DNA of 63,999 nt, counting the filler, from an uncultured bacterium (GTDB lineage: Bacteria > Latescibacterota > UBA2968), in assembly GCA_964471275.1 (NCBI GenBank). It is 7 parts of 7 records of this genome, joined end to end, with 100 filler letters (N's around TTAATTAATTAA, not from the genome) between each part and the next. Parts side by side here need not be neighbours in the genome. Positions count along the whole stretch, not along the records: positions 10,250 to 20,263 come from CAYYGZ010000174.1; 6 more parts are not named here. The stretch is one strand, 5' to 3'. Positions 10,508 through 20,363 of the stretch are shown one piece after another. The notes beneath the pieces were generated by a model that saw only the letters and a program-made list of their open reading frames with translations, ran no database searches and was not told the origin of the DNA. Position 1 is the stretch's first letter; every line of letters begins with the position of its first letter. The position numbers and the translations under genes were made by a program.

Positions 10508-11785
10508 TCAGTGATGGAACAGACGCGCATATTGCTCGGGGTGGTCGAAGATGCCACCACTCTCTGCGTAGTACCGGTCCGTCAGCCGAAAGGCTCCGTC
10601 TTCCGGCTTGAGCCAGGGCGCATCGGGTATCGGATAGGTCGCTACCATACGATCCCACATCGTGTAGTTTTCGGGGCCGTTCGACTCCATCAGTCCGCCC
10701 ACCAGACCCGGAAATGCGGGCAGCCGAGCCGCGATGTTCTTGTTCCATTCCATCAGGATTGGAACGCAGGCATTGTCCGCGACAAAACACGCCATCCCCG
10801 ATTCCGACCCGGCCTTGATCATTTCGAAGGCGAGTGACATCGTTTTTCCGGCAGGCTTGATCGCGAGTCCACGGTAGCCCTGCTCGGCGCGACGGTGTAT
10901 GTCTTCAGTGGTGTGAATGCTCTCGTCAGCCGCAAAGCAGCCATCGAGGTCGTGAACGTCGACGTCAACCGACTCGTCAAAAGGCTCCTCAATCAGGATG
11001 ATACGCTCCAGTGCACCGATTCGGTCGGCGTGTTCTAGCAGGTCCCGTATGCCCGCCTTTTCCTTGTAGCGTGCGTTTACATCCAGGTAGTAGAGGATGT
11101 TTCCGCTCTCGGTCATCGCAGATGTGTGCGTCTTTGCAAGATCGTGTATCCGGGTCAGCCAGGCTTTGTCCTTCTCGACCATTTCCGACGGATCGCCGGG
11201 TTGTCCCATCTTGATCTTCAGGACGTAGCTGCCGGCGGCCAACATCTCTTCGAGTTCCTGCACCGGCGTGTTGTATCCGACTGCGGGCACACTCGCGACG
11301 GCTTCCTGGCGATCAGAAAGATCCGGCCCTGCCCACGGTGGGATGAGTTCGTCAAATAAACGGACACCATTATTGGCCGCGAAGAGCAGCCACGCCGCAT
11401 TGTCTAGCGCGACGAGCGCGATCAGTACAAAGGTCAGTCGAAGTCGATCGGTTCCCGTGATCGAGCATCCATAAGCGTAACTGTGCGGCAGCACGTCACC
11501 CAGCATCGACGGGGGATCCGGATACTCGCGCCCCTTCACGTGTTGCAGAGCGTGTTCGAGGATCGACGCCTGAAGCAGGTTACCACCCACTTCGGTATGT
11601 GCGCTGAAGACGTTCGGATCAGACCAAAGGACGGCGAGCCCCCCAAGGCCTACCGAGCTGTTTTCCTGATCATCAGAAATCCTGACGACAGTGTTCCATT
11701 TCTCGTGGAATGCCGATCCCTTGAACGCGAAGGGTCGTGCGAAGGGCTCTCGCTGTATCTCCAGCTGTGTTTCCGTAATTCTCAT
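10508..11785 (-). CDS. Enolase superfamily protein (dipeptide epimerase/MLE-like), substrate unknown
   Basis: KIK motif, metal ligands in YLDVN, EEP and ADES, later AIKP. Confidence 0.75.
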   Translation of the reverse strand: MRITETQLEIQREPFARPFAFKGSAFHEKWNTVVRISDDQENSSVGLGGLAVLWSDPNVFSAHTEVGGNLLQASILEHALQHVKGREYPDPPSMLGDVLPHSYAYGCSITGTDRLRLTFVLIALVALDNAAWLLFAANNGVRLFDELIPPWAGPDLSDRQEAVASVPAVGYNTPVQELEEMLAAGSYVLKIKMGQPGDPSEMVEKDKAWLTRIHDLAKTHTSAMTESGNILYYLDVNARYKEKAGIRDLLEHADRIGALERIILIEEPFDESVDVDVHDLDGCFAADESIHTTEDIHRRAEQGYRGLAIKPAGKTMSLAFEMIKAGSESGMACFVADNACVPILMEWNKNIAARLPAFPGLVGGLMESNGPENYTMWDRMVATYPIPDAPWLKPEDGAFRLTDRYYAESGGIFDHPEQYARLFHH

Positions 11786-11895
11786 CGAAGCTCCGTGCTA
11801 GACCTTGTGTTCGCAGAGCCCTATCATACCCGCCCGCCGCGGTTTCAACAAGGTTTCACTTGGGCGTCTTCTGATTTCCGAACTCTGGTGTCTCT

Positions 11896-12516
11896 ATGAA
11901 CACATTTGTCATTGGTATCGCCGGCGGCACGGGTGCAGGCAAGACAACGCTCGCGACCGCCGTTGTCGACAGGCTTGAGACGAAGGCCACGCTGATTGCA
12001 CACGATGCGTACTACCGTGATCTGAGCGCTCTCGACGAAGTGAATCGCGCGAAGGTAAACTTCGATTCACCGGAATCACTCGAAACTGAGCTTCTGGTTG
12101 CGCATCTGGATGCCCTGAAGGCGGGGGAATCCGTTTCCGGACCCGTGTATGATTTTACGACGCACTGCCGTCTTGCGGATAGGGGGCGCGATATCGCTCC
12201 GTCTGCGGTTGTGATCGTCGAGGGAATCCTGCTGCTGGCCGTACAATCGATCCTGCCCTGTCTCGACCTGAAGGTGTTTGTGGAGGCGGATTCAGATGAG
12301 CGGATTCTGAGACGGATACGGAGAGATGTGGATGAGCGAGGGCGCACTGTGTCGTCGGTCATGGAACAGTATCTCGGGACGGTGAAGCCGATGCACGAAA
12401 AGTACGTGGCCCCGAGTCGGGCGAAGGCGGATCTGGTGGTGAACGGGGGGAGAGGCACAGCCAGGGCGGTGGAGGTGATCGTGGCCCACGTGGAGGCGAG
12501 GTTGAGAGTGATGTGA
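11896..12516 (+). CDS. udk: Uridine kinase
   Basis: GIAGGTGAGKTT, DAYYRD, NFDSP, VEGIL, RRDVDERGR, VKPMH. Confidence 0.93.
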   Translation: MNTFVIGIAGGTGAGKTTLATAVVDRLETKATLIAHDAYYRDLSALDEVNRAKVNFDSPESLETELLVAHLDALKAGESVSGPVYDFTTHCRLADRGRDIAPSAVVIVEGILLLAVQSILPCLDLKVFVEADSDERILRRIRRDVDERGRTVSSVMEQYLGTVKPMHEKYVAPSRAKADLVVNGGRGTARAVEVIVAHVEARLRVM

Positions 12517-12587
12517 AGTAACCGTGTCGCGGAGAGCTCGGACCGCGTCACGTGGGTCCCGACGTGACGGGACGTAGGGAAAAGGAG

Positions 12588-12617
12588 AACGCCCCCGGTC
12601 AGTGGCTGGGGGCGTTT
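12588..12617. terminator. Intrinsic terminator-like hairpin between convergent genes
   Basis: AACGCCCCCGG...CTGGGGGCGTT followed by T. Confidence 0.6.
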
Positions 12618-12670
12618 CGATGTGTGGTGAGGATGACCAGGTAATGGATCACGATGGTCGAGATCTGCAA

Positions 12671-12698
12671 GAGATTCTTCGCATTCGCTCAGGATGAC
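12671..12698 (-). repeat. REP-like intergenic element
   Basis: Minus strand GTCATCCTGAGCGAATGCGAAGAATCTC; GTCATCCTGAGCG recurs at 38054. Confidence 0.55.
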
Positions 12699-12716
12699 GT
12701 GCCGGGTCGGAGCCGG

Positions 12717-13715
12717 TTACGCTTCGGTGTCGACCTTTCGGATATCTTCGGCGCGTTTGTCGACGTCCGGGAAACCGACATTCTTGTCGATCTCATTCTG
12801 GATTGCCTCACCGGTCAGGTAGCGTTTCAGGTTCTCGCAGAAGAACCCGACGGTGCGGTGATGTCGTTTGGGTGATGCCCCGGCGGCGTGCGGTGTGATG
12901 ATGCAGTTTTCTAGATCCCATAACTCACTGTCAGCGCTGAGGGGTTCGACTTCCGAAACATCCAGGCCAGCGCCGGCGATCTTGTTGGCTTTCAGGCCTT
13001 CAACCATCGCTGCTTCATCGACAATCCGTCCCCGCGCCGTGTTCACGACATACGCCGTCGGTTTCATGATGTCGAGACAATGAGCGTTGATCAGCTTGTC
13101 CGTCTCGTCAGTGTGCGGGCAGGCCAGGAACACGACGTCCGCGAGTTTGACGGCCTCGTCAAACCGATCCATCCCCCAGATCGCTTCAACGTAATCAGGT
13201 CGGTTGCTGTCCTGAACATCCAAGGCGATGATTCTCGCCTGGAAGGCAGCTGCCTGCTCGGCGAATTTCCGCCCAATGCCACCGAATCCGACGATGACGA
13301 CGGTGGACGCGTAGACGTCCGTCAGCGTAGTGCGTTTCCACGTGTGAGTCACCTGGTTGTGGAACGATTCCTTGATGCCACGCATCAGCGCCATCATCAG
13401 AGCGAATCCGTGCTCGGCTACCNNNNNNNNNNGGATGGCGTGCACACCGCTCGCATTGCTGACGATGATGTCACTCTCCTTCAACTCGGCCGGAATTCGG
13501 TTGGCGTCCATACCCGCGCTGGTTGTCTGAATCCACTTCAGGTTCTTCGCCGATCTGAGGATATCGACTGAGTAGTTGCCGAAGATGACTTCTGCGTCCT
13601 CACACGCTGCGGCCGCACCGTCCGCGTCGGTCATCACCACTTCAGCATCGGGTGCCATGCGTTCGACTTTCTGGAACAGTTCGTCTTCTACGGACGGATT
13701 CAGTACGATTTTCAT
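12717..13715 (-). CDS. D-2-hydroxyacid dehydrogenase (10-N scaffold gap at 13423-13432)
   Basis: IVGFGGIG, VNTARG, AGLDV, ITPH. Confidence 0.9.
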   Translation of the reverse strand: MKIVLNPSVEDELFQKVERMAPDAEVVMTDADGAAAACEDAEVIFGNYSVDILRSAKNLKWIQTTSAGMDANRIPAELKESDIIVSNASGVHAIXXXXVAEHGFALMMALMRGIKESFHNQVTHTWKRTTLTDVYASTVVIVGFGGIGRKFAEQAAAFQARIIALDVQDSNRPDYVEAIWGMDRFDEAVKLADVVFLACPHTDETDKLINAHCLDIMKPTAYVVNTARGRIVDEAAMVEGLKANKIAGAGLDVSEVEPLSADSELWDLENCIITPHAAGASPKRHHRTVGFFCENLKRYLTGEAIQNEIDKNVGFPDVDKRAEDIRKVDTEA

Positions 13716-13737
13716 TGTTGCGCTCCTGACGCAGTTC

Positions 13738-14859
13738 TTACCAGTCGATGACGGAATTGTCGTTCGCGTCGTACGATTCCCGGTTCAGCCAGTCGTGATC
13801 GATCTTGTTTTCCATCGCATCTTCATCCAACTCGATGCCGAGGCCGGGTCCTGTTGGGAGCTCGACGTATCCGTCCTTGAAGATGAATGGATTCTTCAGA
13901 TAACCTTCTCCGAAGGTTGTGTGTTCCTGCGCGAGAAAGTTCGGGATCGATGCATCCAACTGAATGCACGCGGCGAGTGAGATCGGGCCGAGCGGGCAGT
14001 GCGGCGCGACAGCCGCGTAGTAGCTTTCTGCCATTCCCGCAATCAGCCGCGTTTCGAAGATTCCACCCGCGTGCGATAGATCGGGCTGCACGATTGTAGC
14101 CGCGCGTTTCTCGAGGACCTGGCGGAATCCCCACTTGGTGAAGATGCGCTCGCCCGTCGCGATCGGCAGGTGGGTCTTGCGCGCGAGTTCGGCCATCCCC
14201 TCCACATCCTGACACTGGATGGGTTCTTCGACAAACATCGGCTGATACGGTTCAAGCGCTTTGATCAGGATACCCGCCGTCTGGGGGCTGACTGCACCGT
14301 GAAAATCGATCGCGATGTCGAAGTCGCGTCCACCTGCTTCACGCATCGCCGCGAAAGTTTCGACGACGTTGTCGACAAAGGCCGGTGTCTCAACGATGCG
14401 TGCTGCACGACCTCCTCGAGGTCCCGTCTTGATTGCCGTGAACCCCTGATCGATACGCTCCCTGACGGCCGCTGCTGCTTCGTCCGGTGTTCCCCCGCCC
14501 GTCCCCTTGTACATCCGGATCCGATTCCGTGTGGGGCCGCCCAGCATCTCGTAGACGGGCATGTCCGCCGCTTTGCCCGCCAGATCCCACAGGGCGTGCT
14601 CGACCCCCGACAGCGCGCTGGTCATGAGGGGACCGCCGCGATAGAACGCGTGACGATACATCGCCTGCCAGTGGTGGACGACTCGGCGTGGATCTTTGCC
14701 GATGAGATACGGCTCGAGTTCTGCGACGGCCTCTGCGCACGTCTTTGCACGGCCTTCGAGGATGGGCTCGCCAAGACCGATGAGACCTTCATCCGTGTGG
14801 AGTTTCAGGAAGAGCCAGCGGGGTTTGACCAGAAAGGTCTCAACTTTCGTAATCTTCAT
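13738..14859 (-). CDS. dgoD: Galactonate dehydratase (mandelate racemase/MLE family)
   Basis: MKITKVETFLVKPRWLFLK, GEPILEG, FYRGG, DFHG, FVEEP, ATGER, QPDLSHAGGI, PHCPLGP. Confidence 0.88.
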   Translation of the reverse strand: MKITKVETFLVKPRWLFLKLHTDEGLIGLGEPILEGRAKTCAEAVAELEPYLIGKDPRRVVHHWQAMYRHAFYRGGPLMTSALSGVEHALWDLAGKAADMPVYEMLGGPTRNRIRMYKGTGGGTPDEAAAAVRERIDQGFTAIKTGPRGGRAARIVETPAFVDNVVETFAAMREAGGRDFDIAIDFHGAVSPQTAGILIKALEPYQPMFVEEPIQCQDVEGMAELARKTHLPIATGERIFTKWGFRQVLEKRAATIVQPDLSHAGGIFETRLIAGMAESYYAAVAPHCPLGPISLAACIQLDASIPNFLAQEHTTFGEGYLKNPFIFKDGYVELPTGPGLGIELDEDAMENKIDHDWLNRESYDANDNSVIDW

Positions 14860-14900
14860 GTGATTGAATCGTCTAGGTTTTCGGTGTGACGCCCCAAGGG

Positions 14901-15797
14901 CTAGACTCGGTGGAAGCGAACACCTTTGCCCGCTTCAAAACCTTCGTCCCATCGCCGGCACCATTCGGCGTAGTCATTCTGCACAGAGCTCGGATCGGAC
15001 TCACTTCTAAGAATGAAGTCGGGATGCTGGACTCGGCCAGTTGGTGTTCCTGTCTTCTGGAAACGCAGGTCCATGCTCCACCGGACGTAGTTTGAACTGT
15101 TTGTGTGCCCGCGGTGAGGTGTGTAGGCGCCCATAAACAGCAGGTCTCCTCGCTGCATCACACAATCGACAGGCTTCACGTCTGGCATTAGGTGGGGCTT
15201 GATCATCGTGCCGCCCTCGGCCTGATGTTCGAGCAGCTGGTTGCCCTGGCCAGGTATCACTTCCAGACAGCCGCTCCCTGAATCCACATCGACCAGAGGA
15301 ATCCAAACGGTGAGGATCTCGGAGACATCGGCCTCCTCCTTGGTCACGCCCTGGTCCTGGTGCCAGGGAACCTGCATCGGTTGCTTGTTCCCCTTGGCTG
15401 GGACGTAGGGCCGGAAATGCTGAATCGGGCTGAGCAGGATTTCAGGTCCAATGATGCTCTGGACGGGGGCGAGCAGATTGGGATTGAAGAAGAATTCGAA
15501 CATCGGTGGAAGTTTTGCATACATGATGTCGAGACCCCAGGTCAACTCTCGCTTGATCACATCGTCCTCGGTTTCGATCTGCTCGGTGATGCGAGCGAAC
15601 CGGGTTGCGAACGGCTCGTCTTCATAGGGATCATCGACGAGGCCGCGCTGCCTGAAGTTCTGGATGCGCTCATCGATCAATGCACTGTACGCCGTTTCGA
15701 TCGGCTTGAAATCTGCATCGGTCAGGGCGCCTCGGACAATCAAGTACCCCTGATCGTAGTACTGGTCCACGTGTTCCTGATCGAGTTCAATAGCCAC
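14901..15797 (-). CDS. Phytanoyl-CoA dioxygenase (PhyH) family Fe(II)/2OG oxygenase
   Basis: YYDQGY, PWHQD, TVWIPL, PHRG. Start moved to GTG 15797, which has an AGGAGG RBS. Confidence 0.88.
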   Translation of the reverse strand: MAIELDQEHVDQYYDQGYLIVRGALTDADFKPIETAYSALIDERIQNFRQRGLVDDPYEDEPFATRFARITEQIETEDDVIKRELTWGLDIMYAKLPPMFEFFFNPNLLAPVQSIIGPEILLSPIQHFRPYVPAKGNKQPMQVPWHQDQGVTKEEADVSEILTVWIPLVDVDSGSGCLEVIPGQGNQLLEHQAEGGTMIKPHLMPDVKPVDCVMQRGDLLFMGAYTPHRGHTNSSNYVRWSMDLRFQKTGTPTGRVQHPDFILRSESDPSSVQNDYAEWCRRWDEGFEAGKGVRFHRV

Positions 15798-15931
15798 GGT
15801 TTTCCTCCTGATCTGTTGTGTGGCGCTTACGATAAAATGGGGGGGAGAGCGCGGCAATAGAAAAGTGACGAGAGGATTGGGTGTAAGGAAAGACAAAGGT
15901 CTGACGAAAATCGGTGATTGTGAAGCGAGGG

Positions 15932-16747
15932 CTAATGCAGTCCTAGCACGCGTCCGTAGATTTCGGTTGCACGCATCCGTACCGTGAGGTCTTTGTCACT
16001 CATTGCGCTGGCGAGGAAAGGCAGTCCCGCACGTTCGCGAACCAGTCCGAGTGATTTCACGATTTCGAGCCGCACTCCGGAGTCCTTTTCCGATAGCATT
16101 GCCTCACCCAGCATGCTTGCGACCTGACGCTCTTTCTTCCCGATCTCACCCAGGGCATCTGCCGCCGCCAACCGTAGACCCAGGTTTCGATCTTCCATCA
16201 ACGCTTCCTGGAGGGGTTGCGTGCTGAACTGTGTCCCGATCTTGCGCAGCATGTGTACCGCTTTCAGACGCACGCCGAGTGCCTTGTCATTCCGGAGGGC
16301 CTCCTGAATGAAGGGTACGGCAAACACGGTTCCCGCCCAGCGAAGGGCCTCGACGGTGTTGAGACGAACCGTGACATCCTTGTCGTCCAGCGCAATACCA
16401 AGCGTTTCTAGCGCCTGCCGGCCACCGATATCGCCAAGACCTTTCGCCGCTTCGGAACGAACCGCTGATACACGTTCGAGATCGTCGTCAATCGATCTGC
16501 GAAGCAGGAGAGATGCCATAGGACCGCCGACCAGCGAGAGCGCCTGAACGGCCTTGATCCTGACAGCATCGTTTCTTGCGCTGAGCTGCCCATACAGCGC
16601 CTGAAGCTCCTGCGGAATCTTTCCGCCAGTCACGATGGTCTCGTACTTCTTGACGGTCTCCTCGTTCACCTGGGTCAGGTCCTGCGCGCAGACACTCTGT
16701 GTCGAGAGTAGGATTAGAAGTGTGGCGATGTATCTCATAAATATCAC
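15932..16747 (-). CDS. Exported HEAT/PBS-lyase-repeat protein
   Basis: Signal-peptide-like N-terminus; repeated VRxxAxxALGxIG units. Confidence 0.85.
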   Translation of the reverse strand: MIFMRYIATLLILLSTQSVCAQDLTQVNEETVKKYETIVTGGKIPQELQALYGQLSARNDAVRIKAVQALSLVGGPMASLLLRRSIDDDLERVSAVRSEAAKGLGDIGGRQALETLGIALDDKDVTVRLNTVEALRWAGTVFAVPFIQEALRNDKALGVRLKAVHMLRKIGTQFSTQPLQEALMEDRNLGLRLAAADALGEIGKKERQVASMLGEAMLSEKDSGVRLEIVKSLGLVRERAGLPFLASAMSDKDLTVRMRATEIYGRVLGLH

Positions 16748-17496
16748 TCTACAATCAGCCTATCGACAGATTTGACGTTCGCACATCGGTCATCGATATC
16801 GGGGATGAGGAGCCGGACGGGACCCCCATACCGGGCGGGCAGCGGGCTGCTATTCAGCCAGAACACGAGCCAACCATTTTCTCTCACCACGGCAAGGTCT
16901 ATGTCAGCAGAGAAGTCTTCGCCTGATTTGAACGTCGCCTTGGATTCTGTACCCGACAGACCCGCCTTCGACAGAAGGGCGGCGACGGATATCGCTTCTC
17001 CCGATCGGTCTGGTACTAGTTCCCCGATGTCCGTGAGCCGATCGGGGAGAGCGAGGAGGTCCGAGATACTGAATTCCTTGCTCATTGCTCCTTGACGCTC
17101 TACGGTTATAATCGGCACATTGCGGTCGCCACTCGACTCGTTCATCGCCGCCAAAATACGGTCCTCGAGTATGTCAACAAGGCGTCCATCGAAGCCCAGC
17201 TGAGGAGCGAGCCGTATTTTGCGGTCCGGATGCCCTTGCTGAGCGACGGCGACGGCCTCCTCGAGTGAACGTGTCTTCTGAGAGCTCAGCTCGAGGCTGT
17301 AGGGCTGGACGATCACACGGTCGGCACCGTCGCCGAATCGCTCGACAGCTGCTGCGATCGAAGCAGAAGCGTCCTCGAATGTCGCGGTTTCGACGGTATC
17401 GTAGACATCGCACAGCGCACGTGAAGCAAGAGACAGGCTTGCGTCGGAGTCGTGACCTATGATGATGATAGCAGTTTTCACGGTTGGCTCAATCAA
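16744..17496 (-). CDS. Fusion of a CbiX/SirB-like domain and a molybdopterin-oxidoreductase-like domain
   Basis: N-half: IIIIGHDS...VIVQPY...IRLAPQLGFDGRLVDILEDR. C-half: FSISDLLALP...PLPARYGGPVRLLIP...CANVKSVDRL. Confidence 0.65.
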   Translation of the reverse strand: MIEPTVKTAIIIIGHDSDASLSLASRALCDVYDTVETATFEDASASIAAAVERFGDGADRVIVQPYSLELSSQKTRSLEEAVAVAQQGHPDRKIRLAPQLGFDGRLVDILEDRILAAMNESSGDRNVPIITVERQGAMSKEFSISDLLALPDRLTDIGELVPDRSGEAISVAALLSKAGLSGTESKATFKSGEDFSADIDLAVVRENGWLVFWLNSSPLPARYGGPVRLLIPDIDDRCANVKSVDRLIVE

Positions 17497-17661
17497 TCCA
17501 GAAGGGCGGCGGTCCGTTTGGCGGGCGATGCGTCATTTCAAAGAGTTTCCCGATCCGGTTCAGGCCGTGCTGTTTCTCTGGTCCGCCCTGATTCTCTGGG
17601 CGGGCGTGTGATTCCTGAGGCGAATCGTCCAGACAGTTCGACACAAGCCCGACCCGTATCC

Positions 17662-17910
17662 TCAGAAGTCGCGTTCCGCATAGCCCAACGCCAGGACCTC
17701 TAGCGCGTTCATCAGGTAGACGTCTCGTACTTCCGGATCGAGGGCCTCAACCATCTGCTTGGCGAGTGCCGGTACCTCTTCCTCCAACCTCTCTTGAACA
17801 TCCGATCGAGCGAGCGGGTTCCCGTGCTTCGTTTTATATGATTCGAGCGCCGCTCGATAGATCGCCATCCCGAGCTTTCTCGGGTCGCCGTCCAGTTGTA
17901 TGTCTGACAT
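17662..17910 (-). CDS. Small hypothetical protein
   Basis: 82-aa ORF starting 14 nt after the thyA stop, with AGGAAGG upstream. Confidence 0.6.
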   Translation of the reverse strand: MSDIQLDGDPRKLGMAIYRAALESYKTKHGNPLARSDVQERLEEEVPALAKQMVEALDPEVRDVYLMNALEVLALGYAERDF

Positions 17911-17924
17911 TCAGCCTTCCTGCG

Positions 17925-18761
17925 CTATACGGCCATTTCGGCTTTGATCGTTCCGTGGCTCTGGTAGTTGACAAGCTCGAAGTCGGTGTAGACAAAGTCG
18001 TCGATGGATTGCTGTCCGCGATCTTCGATCGCCAATTCTGGCAGGGCATGCGGTTCACGCTCGAGCTGCGCCTTCACGGCATCGATGTGGTTGAGGTAGA
18101 TGTGTGCGTCGCCAAGCGTATGGATGAATTCGTGGGGAATCAGGTCTGTGATTTTCGCTACCATACACAGCAGGATCGAGTAGGATGCGATGTTGAGTGG
18201 AACTCCCAAGAACATGTCGCACGAACGCTGATACATCTGCAGGGACAACTGCCCCCCGGCTACGTAGAACTGGAAGAAGGTATGACACGGCGGGAGGGCC
18301 ACATCATCAGAATCCACTTCGGCTGCGTTCCACGCGTTGACCAGGATGCGTCTTGAGTCGGGATTGTCCCGGATCAAGTCGATCGCTTCCTGCAGCTGAT
18401 CGACTGTCCGTCCGTTTCCTCGCCACGCCCGCCATTGCGCCCCGTAGATGCGCCCCATCTCGCCGTTGTTCTCGGACAGCCCGCGGCGTTGGAGGTAGTC
18501 CCTGTAGTTCCCGTCCCAGAGCTTGTTGTGCTTGTAGATTGCTTTGAGGTCGTTGATGTTGTCCGAGCCCGAGACAAACCACAGCAACTCGGACAACATT
18601 GATTTCCAGACGAGCTTCTTTGTCGTTACGGCAGGAAAGCTCTCGGTGAGGTCGTATCGGGCCTGCAGACCGAAAGTCGAGATCGTGCCGACTCCCGTGC
18701 GATCCGTCTTCTCGACACCGTGATCGAGAACACGCTGCAGCTGATTAAGGTAGGTGCGCAT
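17925..18761 (-). CDS. thyA: Thymidylate synthase
   Basis: DRTGVGT, TTKK, ELLWF, YGAQWR, ALPPCH, YQRSCD, HIYLNH. Confidence 0.97.
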   Translation of the reverse strand: MRTYLNQLQRVLDHGVEKTDRTGVGTISTFGLQARYDLTESFPAVTTKKLVWKSMLSELLWFVSGSDNINDLKAIYKHNKLWDGNYRDYLQRRGLSENNGEMGRIYGAQWRAWRGNGRTVDQLQEAIDLIRDNPDSRRILVNAWNAAEVDSDDVALPPCHTFFQFYVAGGQLSLQMYQRSCDMFLGVPLNIASYSILLCMVAKITDLIPHEFIHTLGDAHIYLNHIDAVKAQLEREPHALPELAIEDRGQQSIDDFVYTDFELVNYQSHGTIKAEMAV

Positions 18762-18875
18762 GTGGCTCCCGGATTAAGCAGTTGACGCGGAGAGGGAGGC
18801 GAATCGGAGGCGTCTTTGATAACCTAGAACAGGACGCCGCCAAGTGCAAGAGGGAGGTTTACGGAGACAAAGCTC

Positions 18876-20231
18876 TCAGGCTTTCGAGGGGGCTACCGAA
18901 AGGAGGTTCAGATCGCCGGGTGATTCTGATGCCACCACGGCTCCGATCAAGTCGTATCCGTTTGCGTCCGTGATCGCTACATCGGCAAACAAGCCGCGGC
19001 CGGTATGGCCCGATACCAGGACTTCACCGTCGATCTCCGGTGCATCCATTCGCGTTCGCCCGATCCAGTCATAGTCGGGGTCATCGGAAGGTCGATCGAT
19101 CAGGACCCGCACGGTCTGGCCGATCACGGCGTCCGCGATCTCGGTTGTGATGGCCTCCTGCTGTTCCATCACGCGATTCAGACGTTCGGTCTTGATTTCA
19201 TCAGGGACGTCGTCGGTCAAGAGCCCTGCGGCCGTGCTCTCTTCGTGCGAGTAGCTGAAAGCGACAAGACGGCTGAATCGTGCCTCGTCGAGGAAGTCGA
19301 GCATTTCCTCGAAGCGGGCCTTCGTTTCGCCGGGGTAACCAACGATCACGGATGATCGGATCGTGAGATTTTTCACACGGTCACGAAGGCGGTCGATCAG
19401 TTCTCGAGTGCCCGCCTGAGTCGTACCTCTGTTCATGGATTTCAGGATCGGGTCGGATGCGTGCTGGATGGGCATATCGACGTAGGCGCAGAGCTTGGGT
19501 TCTGACGCAACCAGATCGATCAGGTCATCCCGCCATCCCGTCGGATACGTGTAGAGCAGCCGGATCCACTTGAGTCCGTCGATGGCGATCAGTGTTTCCA
19601 GCAGGCTCGTCAGTCTTGGCTTCCCGTAGATGTCGGCACCATATCGCATCGTGTCCTGTGCGATCAGCACGAGTTCCCGGCAGCCGCCGGCGACAAGATG
19701 CTCCGCCTCAGCCTTGAGTTCCTCGATCGGCACACTCCGGTTCTTCCCTCGGATGCCCGGGATCGCGCAGAACGCGCAGGTTCTGTCACACCCGTCGGAG
19801 ATGCGAAGGTAGGCCCAGTGGGAAGGCGTCAGGAGATGGCGATCGTGCCCTACCTGGAGGAGACCTTTCCGTTCCTTGCCGAGGATCCGGTCCACGTGGG
19901 AGACGATGTTCTTTTCGTCAGATAGCCTCAGGATCAGATCCGCTTCGGCTAGATCTTCAGCCAGTTCCTTCGGATAACGCTCGGCGAGGCAGCCGGTTAC
20001 GATCAAGCCGCGGCACCTGGCGTGCGTTTTGAGATCCGCCGCATCCAGCACCGTCGAGATCGATTCTTCCTTGGCGGGCTGGATGAAGCCGCACGTGTTG
20101 ACGACGACGACATCCGCCTTGGTCGCATCTTCGGAGACTCGGTAGCCATTCCGTTCGAGCAATCGGTGCATCCGCTCGGAATCGACGGTGTTCTTCGGAC
20201 AGCCGAGGGTTATGAGGGAGACGGTTTCCAT
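18876..20231 (-). CDS. rimO: Ribosomal protein S12 methylthiotransferase
   Basis: LGCPKNTVDSE, NTCGFI, GCDRTCAFCAIP, DAPEIDG (TRAM domain). Confidence 0.95.
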   Translation of the reverse strand: METVSLITLGCPKNTVDSERMHRLLERNGYRVSEDATKADVVVVNTCGFIQPAKEESISTVLDAADLKTHARCRGLIVTGCLAERYPKELAEDLAEADLILRLSDEKNIVSHVDRILGKERKGLLQVGHDRHLLTPSHWAYLRISDGCDRTCAFCAIPGIRGKNRSVPIEELKAEAEHLVAGGCRELVLIAQDTMRYGADIYGKPRLTSLLETLIAIDGLKWIRLLYTYPTGWRDDLIDLVASEPKLCAYVDMPIQHASDPILKSMNRGTTQAGTRELIDRLRDRVKNLTIRSSVIVGYPGETKARFEEMLDFLDEARFSRLVAFSYSHEESTAAGLLTDDVPDEIKTERLNRVMEQQEAITTEIADAVIGQTVRVLIDRPSDDPDYDWIGRTRMDAPEIDGEVLVSGHTGRGLFADVAITDANGYDLIGAVVASESPGDLNLLSVAPSKA

Positions 20232-20263
20232 AGCCGGAAAAGAATCGGTTCGTGCGCAGGGAT

Positions 20264-20363
20264 NNNNNNNNNNNNNNNNNNNNNNNNNNNNNNNNNNNNN
20301 NNNNNNNTTAATTAATTAANNNNNNNNNNNNNNNNNNNNNNNNNNNNNNNNNNNNNNNNNNNN
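20264..20363. other. Artificial contig spacer
   Basis: N-run + TTAATTAATTAA + N-run. Confidence 0.99.

Noticed and set aside
17497..17661. Possible cobalamin or Moco riboswitch upstream of the CbiX-like fusion
   Set aside because: I could not find the conserved core motifs by eye; an Rfam scan would be needed.
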